This document shows, piece by piece, positions 14,640-23,806 of a stretch of DNA of 64,000 nucleotides. The stretch's first letter is position 1. Each line of letters opens with the position of its first letter. Origin of the DNA: Escherichia coli (GTDB taxonomy: Bacteria; Pseudomonadota; Gammaproteobacteria; Enterobacterales; Enterobacteriaceae); assembly GCF_022846255.1 (NCBI RefSeq), contig NZ_AP025682.1. One strand, 5' to 3'. The notes under the pieces are model-generated. The model was given only the letters and a program-made list of their open reading frames with translations, made no database searches and had not been told where the DNA came from. A program made the translations under genes and the position numbers.

Positions 14640-15062
14640 TTACCGGTTCTGGTGCAGAAGCTGCAGGTGACGAAGAGTACGGACATCCTCCCGGGCCTGT
14701 TCGATACAGGGCAACAGTGCTGCCGAATCCGTTTTATCCTCATCGTTGTCAAAGATAATTCCCGATTCGCAGTCGATATTGTCCTGCAGCCACGCAATGA
14801 GGATATCCAGCGCTGTTTCAGTGGTTAATGGCATCACGCTCTGTATCACTGTATTGTCTTCCGGCAACTGATGAGGACTGGCAGAAGTCGCCGGTGTTTC
14901 GGTAGCGTCACGTTCATCCACCACGCGGAGTGAATAACCGTTTTCAGCGACCTTGTTAATCAGTTCAATGAGATTAACACCATCGACGTCAACGACAATT
15001 CGCCCCATGTTCAGCGCCTGCACGTTAACGCTGTCGGCTTCCAGCGTCAGGGCCAGTTTCAT
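14640..15062 (-). CDS. YeeW/YkfH-like hypothetical protein downstream of the toxin gene
   Basis: 140-aa ORF whose start overlaps the toxin gene stop; position matches the gene after yeeV in CP4-44-type modules. Confidence 0.45.
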   Translation of the reverse strand: MKLALTLEADSVNVQALNMGRIVVDVDGVNLIELINKVAENGYSLRVVDERDATETPATSASPHQLPEDNTVIQSVMPLTTETALDILIAWLQDNIDCESGIIFDNDEDKTDSAALLPCIEQAREDVRTLRHLQLLHQNR

Positions 15063-15436
15063 TGTTTCGCCTCCGGATGCTTACCCAGAGTAATGTTATT
15101 TACTGTTCGGTAATTGTCGCGGGTCATCAGGCCGGTCGCCCTGCGAGCCCGGAGGATATCGATGCTGTTTATTAACTGAGAGCGGGTACAGGCGCTGAAT
15201 CCCGGCTGGTCGGTACGCACCAGCGCGTATTTTTCCACGAGAAAGTTCACCGCATCACACAGTGAAATGCCTGCCTCAATATGCTGCTCAATCACACGTT
15301 CATCAGCGAACGGTGTGTCATTCAGTGTGAGGCCGTAATGCTGGTCCAGCAGTCGGGTGAGCAGTGTATGCCAGATGGTGACGGGAGACGGGCAGCACGA
15401 TGCCTCCCGTACGTGTGTGTCAGGTAATGTTTTCAT
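15059..15436 (-). CDS. cbtA: CbtA/YeeV-family type IV toxin (cytoskeleton-binding toxin)
   Basis: Start moved to MKTLPDTH (about 125 aa). C-terminal region ...LLDQHYGLTLNDTPFADERVIEQHIEAGISLCDAVNFLVEKYALVRTDQ... recalled as YeeV-like. Confidence 0.7.
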   Translation of the reverse strand: MKTLPDTHVREASCCPSPVTIWHTLLTRLLDQHYGLTLNDTPFADERVIEQHIEAGISLCDAVNFLVEKYALVRTDQPGFSACTRSQLINSIDILRARRATGLMTRDNYRTVNNITLGKHPEAKQ

Positions 15437-15482
15437 CTTAAGTTCTCTGTAACTGGTAGTGCTAAAGGTGAGATATTCGGGG

Positions 15483-15857
15483 TTATGAGGTGGTTGCGGG
15501 TGCCAGTGTCGGATAAACAGCCATATAAACGTAACCACAGGAGCCGAGGGTGTCGGCTTCACAGGCCAGCCCCTTCGCATACAGTGTCACGGTATGCTGA
15601 TGGCGGGGATTCAGTTCACCGCTGGTGAGCATGAGCTCCAGTTGTTTCATCAGCAGCGGAAAGGCCTGGTCCAGGTGGTACGCATCTGCATCGCTGAACA
15701 GGCCTCTGATACCGGCGCGGTCGGCAAGGTAATGCAACCGGTTACCCTCCTGCACCAGACGTGCCCCGAAACAGGGCGTCACGGTGCAGGGCAGCCCCCA
15801 CCAGGGGCGGTCGTGATTGTCGTCGGGAAGTGTTGTCCCGGGGAGTGTGTCTGACAC
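15483..15857 (-). CDS. cbeA: CbeA/YeeU-family antitoxin
   Basis: 124-aa ORF immediately upstream of the toxin; sequence MSDTLPGTTLPDDNHDRPWWGLPCTVTPCFGARLVQEGNRLHYLADRAGI... recalled as YeeU-like. Confidence 0.7.
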   Translation of the reverse strand: MSDTLPGTTLPDDNHDRPWWGLPCTVTPCFGARLVQEGNRLHYLADRAGIRGLFSDADAYHLDQAFPLLMKQLELMLTSGELNPRHQHTVTLYAKGLACEADTLGSCGYVYMAVYPTLAPATTS

Positions 15858-15932
15858 GATAAAATCCTCACAGAAAATCGGTTAAGAATGGTCCGGTAGT
15901 GGCGATAATTCTGCTCATCAGAATGCCCTGAC

Positions 15933-16154
15933 TCAGTTCAGGGTGACACTCATCAGGCGGACATACGGGCCAAAACTGTCCTTACGGCGTTCAGCAAACA
16001 CGGCAAGAACGCCGGGAATATCCTGCACTTCACGACCGGTATACGCTTCAGCGCTGCCGTGCCAGCGGTACTTACCGGTACAGAACGGAAAAAGACGGGA
16101 TGCAGGATGCTGTTGGTGAATACGCATGGCTTCACCACGGGTGATAATTTTCAT
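15933..16154 (-). CDS. yeeT: YeeT-like small protein (DUF987)
   Basis: 73-aa ORF MKIITRGEAMRIHQQHP... between the RadC-like and antitoxin genes, as in CP4-44. Confidence 0.6.
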   Translation of the reverse strand: MKIITRGEAMRIHQQHPASRLFPFCTGKYRWHGSAEAYTGREVQDIPGVLAVFAERRKDSFGPYVRLMSVTLN

Positions 16155-16216
16155 GATGGGATACCTCTGAAGACAGAAGATAAAAGTGAAAACAAGTGTG
16201 ATGTAGTTGTGACGGG

Positions 16217-16693
16217 TTAAAGCAGACCGTGTTCCGCAAAGGAGAAAACCTGGTTGCCACCGACTATCAGATGGTCCGGCACCCGGATATCCACCAGGGC
16301 CAGTGCCTGTACCAGACGTTCGGTGATAAGCCGGTCTGCCTTACTGGGTGTGACTTCACCGGACGGGTGATTGTGTGCCAGCACCACGGCAGCGGCATTG
16401 TGATACAGGGCGCGTTTAATCACTTCCCGGGGATGGACTTCCGTGCGGTTGATGGTGCCGGTGAAGAGGGTTTCACCGGCAATCAGCTGATTCTGGTTGT
16501 TCAGATACAGCACCCGGAATTCTTCACGCTCCAGTCCCGCCATGTTCAGAATCAGCCATTCCCGTGCCGCATGCGTGGAGGTGAAGGCCACGCCGGGTTC
16601 ATGAAGATGGCGGTCCAGGGTTTTCAGGGCCCGCTGAATGAGGCTGCGCTCACCGGGCGTCATTTCTCCGGGCAGAAAGGAAATCTGTTGCAT
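16217..16693 (-). CDS. RadC-like JAB-domain protein (YeeS/YfjY/YkfG family)
   Basis: 158-aa ORF with the JAB metalloprotease motif HNHPSG and the position expected for yeeS. Confidence 0.75.
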   Translation of the reverse strand: MQQISFLPGEMTPGERSLIQRALKTLDRHLHEPGVAFTSTHAAREWLILNMAGLEREEFRVLYLNNQNQLIAGETLFTGTINRTEVHPREVIKRALYHNAAAVVLAHNHPSGEVTPSKADRLITERLVQALALVDIRVPDHLIVGGNQVFSFAEHGLL

Positions 16694-16707
16694 TGTTCCG
16701 GCCCCTT

Positions 16708-17217
16708 TCAGTCAATGATGCGCATAATGGCGCTGCATTCCGGATGTTGCAGGGCGTAATCCCGCAGCCGGTAATAGTGGACCGTCATGGCATAACACTC
16801 CGTACGACAGGCATGATGGCTGTACGCCATCAGACAGGCGGCAATGCCGGCAGCTTCCGGGCTCATTTCAGCGCGGTTACCGTTCATGGCATTGAACAGT
16901 ATCCAGGTTTCTCCATCATCTTCATCCGGTTCAGGTGCTATAAATGCGCCACCGTTGTTCAGGGTGTACAGATTCCAGATACCCCCGCAGTAGTCTTCAC
17001 ACAGACGGTCCATCCAGCCGAAGACACGGGGCTCCAGGGTCACCCACTGTGGAATGAGGCCAAAGTGCTGCGGCCAGAAGCTGATGCGCTGTTCATCAGG
17101 GACGGGAGTGGCAACCAGCTGAGGTGGGTTATTCCCTGATGCAGTAGTTACGGAAACAGAAGATGTGGTGGAATTATGCGCAGAGGTTGTCATGAGATTA
17201 TTCCTTATAAAAAGCAA
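16708..17217 (-). CDS. Antirestriction protein (KlcA/ArdB-like, YfjX/YafX family)
   Basis: 169-aa ORF; position and acidic C-terminal region typical of the antirestriction genes of E. coli cryptic prophages. Confidence 0.6.
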   Translation of the reverse strand: MLFIRNNLMTTSAHNSTTSSVSVTTASGNNPPQLVATPVPDEQRISFWPQHFGLIPQWVTLEPRVFGWMDRLCEDYCGGIWNLYTLNNGGAFIAPEPDEDDGETWILFNAMNGNRAEMSPEAAGIAACLMAYSHHACRTECYAMTVHYYRLRDYALQHPECSAIMRIID

Positions 17218-17284
17218 ATGAATGGAAGAATGCCCGGGGGAAGGGACAGCCGTGAGTCAGAACTGCGCTTTCAGGGAAACGGCA

Positions 17285-18103
17285 TCAGCGCATACTCTCC
17301 AGCAGTGTTTCTGCCATCACCCACAACGCCCGGTTGAGCTTAATGTCGGTGTCGATGCTGTGAATGGCACGGGTATGGATACGTTTTCCTTTTGCACTGC
17401 GACCGGAAATCCCGCCTTTCAGCATATTCTCCTGGATGGTCTGATATGCGCTCCACAGGTCCTTACCGTAATCTTCCCGGCGTCGTGGTGTCAGAATGTC
17501 GGCAGTGGTGACGGGCTGATGTTCATCGCCATAACGGTAAGTCAGTGCCGCCTGTGCCAGCGCCTGACGTGCCGGTGGCGGCAGAACCAGAGACTGCATG
17601 GCATCACGCTTTTCCTCAATCCGGTCAAAAACGCCCACTACCTCGTAAGCCCCTTCAATAACTTTCTCCACCACGTCTCCCCGGTGTGGAACACGCACTT
17701 CCCCCAGAGACAGACCACAGACGCAGCCGTTCTGGCAGACGAACCTGAAGTAACCCGGCAGCATCTGGTAGCTGGAGGTACCGTCATGGGAGTTCAGCAG
17801 GATGATTTCAGGGACATGTTGTCCGTTTCTCTCCCCGTCACGGCGCAGACGCAGCATGTGTTTGGTGTATCCCCGGCGGCTCTGGTCGCGCACGCGGGTC
17901 TGGCAGGCGAAGAATGGCTGAAAACCTTCCCGCTGCAGGCTTTCCAGTACGGTGATGGTGGGAATGTACGCATACCGTTCACTGCGGGAGGTATGCCGGT
18001 CTTCCCCAAAAATACTGGGTACATAGTGCATCAGTTCTTCATGTGTCAGCGGACGGTCACGGCGTATCTGGTTTACATGACCAAAACGACTTGCTAATCG
18101 CAT
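17285..18103 (-). CDS. DUF932-family protein (YfjQ/YafZ-like)
   Basis: 272-aa ORF upstream of the antirestriction gene in the same orientation; assigned by recalled similarity and gene order. Confidence 0.55.
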   Translation of the reverse strand: MRLASRFGHVNQIRRDRPLTHEELMHYVPSIFGEDRHTSRSERYAYIPTITVLESLQREGFQPFFACQTRVRDQSRRGYTKHMLRLRRDGERNGQHVPEIILLNSHDGTSSYQMLPGYFRFVCQNGCVCGLSLGEVRVPHRGDVVEKVIEGAYEVVGVFDRIEEKRDAMQSLVLPPPARQALAQAALTYRYGDEHQPVTTADILTPRRREDYGKDLWSAYQTIQENMLKGGISGRSAKGKRIHTRAIHSIDTDIKLNRALWVMAETLLESMR

Positions 18104-18384
18104 GATTTGCTCCTTATGAATGAGTTAGCGGTATAAATGAAAAAGCTGCGTCTCCCGGAGAAGACGCGGCCTGACAAATGAAATGAATGACGTTTATTGT
18201 CTGAGAAGCCCTTCACTGGCGAGCTGCGTATTTTTATGGAAGGAGATCACCCAATAACCCCATCGGGATCCGGTAATAACCGGCCAGACTGTGATCGATT
18301 CAGATGCCATTTGGCAGCAAAAGGGCCTTCGGGCAATAAACGTGATGTACAACCCGGCATATCTGTTACTCCCTGAAAGTAAAA

Positions 18385-18409
18385 GGCCCCGGTCATAATG
18401 ACCGGGGCC
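18385..18409 (-). terminator. Rho-independent terminator-like hairpin 3' of the Ag43 gene
   Basis: Perfect 10-bp inverted repeat GGCCCCGGTC/GACCGGGGCC with a 5-nt loop, followed by TTTTA on the - strand, about 20 bp after the stop codon. Confidence 0.5.
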
Positions 18410-18430
18410 TGAAGGGGAGTGACCTGATTA

Positions 18431-21277
18431 TCAGAAAGTCACGTTCAGTGTGGCCTGACCGTTATAACCTTCAGCGCTGCTGCCGCTGACGCTGTGGGCA
18501 TAACCGGCCTGAACGCCCAGGGTGATATTTTCCCGGACACGGGCTTCCAGTCCGGCCTGCAGGTCCAGTGACGTGCCATTCTGTGAGGGTGAGAACGTCA
18601 TGTTACTCCCGGCTGCGGCTGTTCCCATGCTCATGTCACCCCGTGAGCTGAAGGTGCGGATAACAGAAGGCTGTACCCACCAGTTCACCGGCAGTTCACG
18701 CACACTGTGTTTTGCACTGTCGCGCAGGGTGTCACGGGATGAGGTGCCTTTACCAAAGTTCATATCGTTGTGGCTGCCCAGACGGAAGCCGGCACGCACA
18801 TGTTGTGCACTGCCATGCCCGAACTTCACATAACCGGCGTTATCCTGGCCGTCATCCAGGGAGAGTCCCTGCCAGGTGTACTGCAGTTGTGGCTCCAGCA
18901 TCAGATTGTCAGTGATACTGAAGGGCAGACCTGTTTCCAGTGAGCCCAGCCAGCCCCAGCCCCGGGCGCGGAAGTCGTTATTGTCCGATGACGCTTTCAT
19001 GCTGTGGCGGGTTCCCTGTGCCACAATGTCAGCCCACAGGCCGGAGGACGTGTGTACCAGATTCAGGTATCCGCCCAGACTGCCGGCATCATCCCGGACC
19101 GTGCCGGCACGGGAGCCGTCATCATCCTTAACATCAACGGAAGAATGGCCTGCAGCACCATACACTCCTGTCGTCAGTGACATACCGGCAACCTCTGTTC
19201 TCAACAGGTCACCCTCCAGACGGACGAGGCCATAGCTGCCGCTGCTTTCCGGCGTGGCCCCACGGGCAATACCGCCGTTGTTATCGTGACCGAGATGACC
19301 GCCCTGAATGCTGAGACGGATGCTGTTATTTTCACCGTTTACACCGGTCTGATGGCTGCGGGAGCCTGCCAGAATCCGGTCATAGTCCATTGCCTGTGTC
19401 AGCATGGAGGCATACAGGGGGACTTCTGCACGATAAGCATTTTCACTGCGCAGGTACCAGTCTTCATCGCTGTCACGGTTCAGGGTGTAGTTAAAGGCGC
19501 CGGCCTGAAGCGGGCGACTCAGGGCAAACGCACCTTCTTCTGTGGTGGCACCATTCTGTGCATCCACAACCCGGATACCCTGTCCGGAGGTTGCCACCCC
19601 GAGGTTACTGTTTCCGACATTTGTAAATGCAAGCCAGGTTTTGCCGGTTGCCTGACCACCATTAATCACCAGCTGGTCAGAGGCATTGCTGCCATCAAGG
19701 CGAACACGCATATTGATGGTGCCACCCTGACCGGTGAGGTTACTGGTGGTCAGTTTATGGAACGTTACCGGGGAGGCGCCTTTTGCAACAGCACGGCTCA
19801 GTACGGCATCCTGTGTCATCTGAGTATCAAAGTGAATCTCCCCTGCGTTAACAATATCGCCGGTACTGACCACATCGCCATTCAGTACCATGCTGGCGCC
19901 TTTACTGAGCTGTGTTCTGCCACTCAGACTTCCCCCGGCAGCCAGCGTCAGTGTTCCGCGATGTCCGACAGTGGTGTTGCCTGCCTGTCCCCCGGCATTA
20001 ACCGTAAAGCTGCCGCCATTTTCCAGCAGCAGGCCGCTGGCCTGACCAGATATGCCATCAATACTGAACCTACCGCTGGCATTGGTCCCCTCAACAGTGG
20101 CACCACTGTCTGCAATCAGGGCACCACCGGATGTCATGGTGACACCGGTTGCCTTACCGCCGGCAGACACTGCCAGGGTACCGCCGTCATCCACCCGTGT
20201 TTTCTGCGCTGAATGGCCCTCCAGTACATCCAGGCGACCGCCGGACTCCAGAACAACGCCGTCAGCCTTACCGTTTTCCACCGTGAAATTGCCCAGACGG
20301 TTGCTGCCGGTGACGGTTGCCGCCGTACTGGTGACCAGTGCGCCGCCCTGCTTCAGGGTGACATTCGTGGCTGTACCACCGGCGTTCACCTGCAGTTTAC
20401 CTTTCTGGTTAACGGTGGTGAAATCCGCCAGACCACCTTCCTTGATAATCTGCCAGCCGTCACTGTTAACAACAGTGTCAGATGCTGTACCTCCGTTGTG
20501 CACATACTGGTACCCCCCATTCAGCGTGGTATCCAGTGCGTGACCATGTACAGTCTGGTCGCCGCCGGCATAAACCACAGTGGTATTTGCCGTTCCTTCA
20601 GCAGCCACAATCTGACGACCATTTTTATTGATGGTGGTGCGTACGGCATCTCCGTAGACGGTCTGCCCGGTATCACCATTTTCCGCATCCGGTCCTCCTT
20701 CCGCGCCAGTATTCACAACCGTGTCGGTTGCCATTGCGCCGGATTTGACGGCCTGCCAGCCCTTCTCATTAATGACGGTACCCGTTGCAATCCCGCCTTC
20801 ATGTACCCACTGCTCACCGCCGTTCAGAGTGGTGTTCACTGCCTGCCCCTGAAGGCTCTGTCCGCCTCCGGCCCTGATAACCGTGTCTGAAACGCTTCCT
20901 CCGGCATTCACTCTCTGAAGACCACCACCGGTGACAGTAGTGTTGTTGGCGATACCGCCATTTTGTATCCATTGCCCGCCGGTATTGGCCTCGTTATCTG
21001 GCCCATACTCCAGACCGGTACTGATGGTCATTCCGTTGGCTGTACCGAAGACAATCTGGTTGTCATGATTTTCCAGTGCTCCGCCGCTCACGGTTTCTCC
21101 CGCCTGTACAACCGTGTCAGCAGCCAGTACCGGGAGTGATGTGACAGCAGCAAGAGACAGCGCAACCGCCACACCGGCGCGTTTTCCCCGTGAGCGGGCC
21201 AGTTCGGAGGCCACCACCAGGGTGCCCGTAATGTGATTCCATACCAGCCTGTAGCTGGTGTTCAGATGTCGTTTCAT
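18431..21277 (-). CDS. flu: Antigen 43-like self-associating autotransporter adhesin
   Basis: Start moved to MKRHLNTSYRLVWNHITGTLVVASELAR (extended autotransporter signal peptide) with an AAGGA RBS. Gly/Thr-rich beta-helical passenger repeats; C-terminal beta-barrel ending in Phe. Confidence 0.8.
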   Translation of the reverse strand: MKRHLNTSYRLVWNHITGTLVVASELARSRGKRAGVAVALSLAAVTSLPVLAADTVVQAGETVSGGALENHDNQIVFGTANGMTISTGLEYGPDNEANTGGQWIQNGGIANNTTVTGGGLQRVNAGGSVSDTVIRAGGGQSLQGQAVNTTLNGGEQWVHEGGIATGTVINEKGWQAVKSGAMATDTVVNTGAEGGPDAENGDTGQTVYGDAVRTTINKNGRQIVAAEGTANTTVVYAGGDQTVHGHALDTTLNGGYQYVHNGGTASDTVVNSDGWQIIKEGGLADFTTVNQKGKLQVNAGGTATNVTLKQGGALVTSTAATVTGSNRLGNFTVENGKADGVVLESGGRLDVLEGHSAQKTRVDDGGTLAVSAGGKATGVTMTSGGALIADSGATVEGTNASGRFSIDGISGQASGLLLENGGSFTVNAGGQAGNTTVGHRGTLTLAAGGSLSGRTQLSKGASMVLNGDVVSTGDIVNAGEIHFDTQMTQDAVLSRAVAKGASPVTFHKLTTSNLTGQGGTINMRVRLDGSNASDQLVINGGQATGKTWLAFTNVGNSNLGVATSGQGIRVVDAQNGATTEEGAFALSRPLQAGAFNYTLNRDSDEDWYLRSENAYRAEVPLYASMLTQAMDYDRILAGSRSHQTGVNGENNSIRLSIQGGHLGHDNNGGIARGATPESSGSYGLVRLEGDLLRTEVAGMSLTTGVYGAAGHSSVDVKDDDGSRAGTVRDDAGSLGGYLNLVHTSSGLWADIVAQGTRHSMKASSDNNDFRARGWGWLGSLETGLPFSITDNLMLEPQLQYTWQGLSLDDGQDNAGYVKFGHGSAQHVRAGFRLGSHNDMNFGKGTSSRDTLRDSAKHSVRELPVNWWVQPSVIRTFSSRGDMSMGTAAAGSNMTFSPSQNGTSLDLQAGLEARVRENITLGVQAGYAHSVSGSSAEGYNGQATLNVTF

Positions 21278-21489
21278 CAGCTTTTCCTTACAGAGGGTGA
21301 ATAAAAAAGCCGGTACCCACAAATGTGGATACCGGCAGGTACAAAACAGCATGGTCAGATAAAGTGGTTTTTCCCGGACATAAATGCTTCCCCTCTCTCA
21401 TCCGCCTGAGAAGTATCAGTCCGTTGTGTGCAATTCCGTTCTGCATGATGAAGAGATTCAGCTGCCTTTTCGCAGGCCATTAACCACTA

Positions 21490-21545
21490 TAAACGATCGA
21501 TGGTGACGATCGATACCTGTTTTATCGATCGTTTTATTCTATTAA
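21490..21545 (-). promoter_or_regulatory. Ag43 phase-variation switch: three clustered GATC (Dam) sites in the flu regulatory region (OxyR/Dam epigenetic switch)
   Basis: GATC at 21495-21498, 21508-21511 and 21537-21540 within about 45 bp, roughly 220-260 bp upstream of the flu start codon; matches the known architecture of the agn43 regulatory region. Confidence 0.6.
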
Positions 21546-21649
21546 TAACAAGGCAGCCACGCAAGAGAAACAGGAGGAGTATGAGGGGTTTGTGTCATGT
21601 TTTCAGTTGGTTAACGCAATGTAATCAGGCATTTCCTCTGGCAGAGTGT

Positions 21650-22522
21650 TCAGAAGAAAATCCAGTTCCATACCGCGCGGGCAACAGAGACCACGGTGTC
21701 ACGGACGGCACGCAGAACCGTACGAGCCACAGAGGCAACACAGACGCTCTCCGCCGTGTCAAATATCCGGTCCACCGCACCGGTAAACTGTTCACGGGCC
21801 TGCCCCCGGACAGATTCCGTGCACAGCTCGTCCTGCAGGCGGGTCATCAGGGGACTGGCGGCATGGTCGGGAAGTGCTGTCATGAGCGCACTGACCAGCG
21901 TATCCAGTTCCCAGCCGGTGCGGGCCGATACGGCCACAACCGGATGTACGGGCCGGAACAGCCGGAATACCGCATCTGTTTTCTCACGAATGTTCTGTTC
22001 CTGTGCGGGAGAAGGCTGAATACCTGCCATATCCCATTCATGGCAGGGCTCCGTTTTGTCGGCCTGCGTCACCACAAACAGCACCTGCTGATGTCCCCGG
22101 TGCAGGATGTGTCGCCAGAAATAGTCATCCACAGACAGGGCCCGGTCATCGGCTTTAATCAGCCACAGTACCAGGTCAAGTTCAGGCAGAATGTCACGGT
22201 ACAGGGCTTCATACTCTGCATCCCTGTCCCGGCTCTCGCCCACCCCGGGCAGGTCAGTGATAACCATGCTGTGACCATGGCCACTCAGACGGAAGCGCTG
22301 CACTTCCCGGGTGCCGGCGTGAACATCACTGACCGGGGTGACCTCCCCCTGAAACAGTGCATTACAGAGTGAGGATTTACCGGCCCCGCTTTTTCCCATA
22401 ATGCCAATCACGGGTTCGTGGCTGGTGAGTTTGCGCAGATGTTCCAGGATGTGACGGGAAAGTGAGTAAGGCAGGGAGGAGAGCGGTTTTTCAATTGCCT
22501 CAATGGCATCAGACGGATTCAT
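21650..22522 (-). CDS. YeeP/YkfA/YfjP-family GTPase (cryptic-prophage GTP-binding protein)
   Basis: P-loop GKSGAGKSS and G3 motif DLPG; located upstream of flu as yeeP is in CP4-44. Start placed at MNPSDAIEA. Confidence 0.65.
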   Translation of the reverse strand: MNPSDAIEAIEKPLSSLPYSLSRHILEHLRKLTSHEPVIGIMGKSGAGKSSLCNALFQGEVTPVSDVHAGTREVQRFRLSGHGHSMVITDLPGVGESRDRDAEYEALYRDILPELDLVLWLIKADDRALSVDDYFWRHILHRGHQQVLFVVTQADKTEPCHEWDMAGIQPSPAQEQNIREKTDAVFRLFRPVHPVVAVSARTGWELDTLVSALMTALPDHAASPLMTRLQDELCTESVRGQAREQFTGAVDRIFDTAESVCVASVARTVLRAVRDTVVSVARAVWNWIFF

Positions 22523-22751
22523 ACATGTATTCCCGGTGAAAAAAGACAAAACCCCGCGCACCGGAAAGGTGGCGGGGGGATTCACGGAGATAATATCTGC
22601 CTGAAATTATTTGGAATGCAGGTATATGTGGCTGATTTGTATCAGCTAATGAGTACAGGTCTGAATCTAATCTGACAGTCCGCTCTGTGCCAGGAGCGGA
22701 CATTGTTTTCCAACTATTACCTAAGCCTGCGAACCATCTCATCTTCACCCC

Positions 22752-23639
22752 TTAAATTCTCAATGTATCGATAACCGCTCGTAGGGCGGGTGACACATTG
22801 CGGTGCGGATAATAGATATATGAACCCTCCAGGCGTTGGCTGTAGCATTGCAAAACTCTGATTAGCGCCCCCTGTTCTATATCATCAGACACTAATTCCT
22901 CCGGAACATAAGCCAGCCCCAGACCTAGCCTTGCGGCTTTGGCTTCCATATAACTGTCAGCAAAGGCCCATTGTCCCTGAGGCTGATGGGTGATCTTTTT
23001 ACCGTCCTGATTGAGTTCCCAGGCATACAGACTGCCGTCGCCGAACTGGTAAGCGATGCAGGGATGACCTACTAAATCGGTGGGGGTTTGTGGAAATCCG
23101 TAGCGCTGAAAGTGCCCGGGCGTGCCGACAACAGCCATCTCCATATCGGGCGAAATGCGCACCGCAACCATACCGCTATCCACTTCCGAGCCCAGACGTA
23201 TACCGGCATCGAAGCGCTCAGTAATAATATCGACAAACCGGCTTTCGCTGATGAGCTCCAGCCGAATATCCGGGTATCGTTGTTTAAACACCGCCAGCTT
23301 CGGCAGCAGCACTTTATCAATGGCGTGCTGGCTCGCATTAATTCGGACCGTACCCGATGGTGTATGGCGATAATGGGCCAGCGTGGCAAGCCCCATATCT
23401 AAGGCGTCAAATCCAGATTCGACGTTTCGATATAGTAACTCGCCGGCATGGGTGAGCGATAACTTGCGCGTGGTGCGTACCAGAAGCTGCACGCCCAGTC
23501 GCTCTTCCAGCTCGCGCACTGCACGGCTAATTCCTGACTGCGCCAGGCCAAGCCTCTGCGCGGCGGCGGTAAAACTCCCTTCTCGCACGACCTGCATAAA
23601 CAGATAGAGATCGTTATAGTTTTCCCGTTTCGCCATCAT
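22752..23639 (-). CDS. LysR-family transcriptional regulator
   Basis: N-terminal HTH (FTAAAQRLGLAQSGISRAVRELEERLGVQLL) followed by a LysR substrate-binding domain; divergent from the hydrolase gene. Confidence 0.8.
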   Translation of the reverse strand: MMAKRENYNDLYLFMQVVREGSFTAAAQRLGLAQSGISRAVRELEERLGVQLLVRTTRKLSLTHAGELLYRNVESGFDALDMGLATLAHYRHTPSGTVRINASQHAIDKVLLPKLAVFKQRYPDIRLELISESRFVDIITERFDAGIRLGSEVDSGMVAVRISPDMEMAVVGTPGHFQRYGFPQTPTDLVGHPCIAYQFGDGSLYAWELNQDGKKITHQPQGQWAFADSYMEAKAARLGLGLAYVPEELVSDDIEQGALIRVLQCYSQRLEGSYIYYPHRNVSPALRAVIDTLRI

Positions 23640-23806
23640 CCTTCCCCTGCTGCATCACAATTCAGAACAATATGTTATTAATCTTAGCATTTTTTACCCT
23701 CTAATTAGCACTATTAATGCTAACTATAATGTGCGCGTTGCAACAAAGCACAGCAGTGTTATCCGTATGAAACCAGTATCTGGCACATTTTATGAGGGGG
23801 ATTTTG

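Noticed and set aside
18522-20890. Several + strand ORFs (up to 308 aa) inside the Ag43 gene
   Set aside because: These are antisense frames of a GC-rich, repeat-rich passenger domain. They have no start-site support and low-complexity Pro/Ser/Thr-rich translations.
21500-22372. 290-aa + strand ORF overlapping the GTPase gene
   Set aside because: It is antisense to a GTPase ORF with clear P-loop motifs, is GC-rich with no recognisable domain, and its start lies inside the flu regulatory region. Judged a spurious antisense frame.
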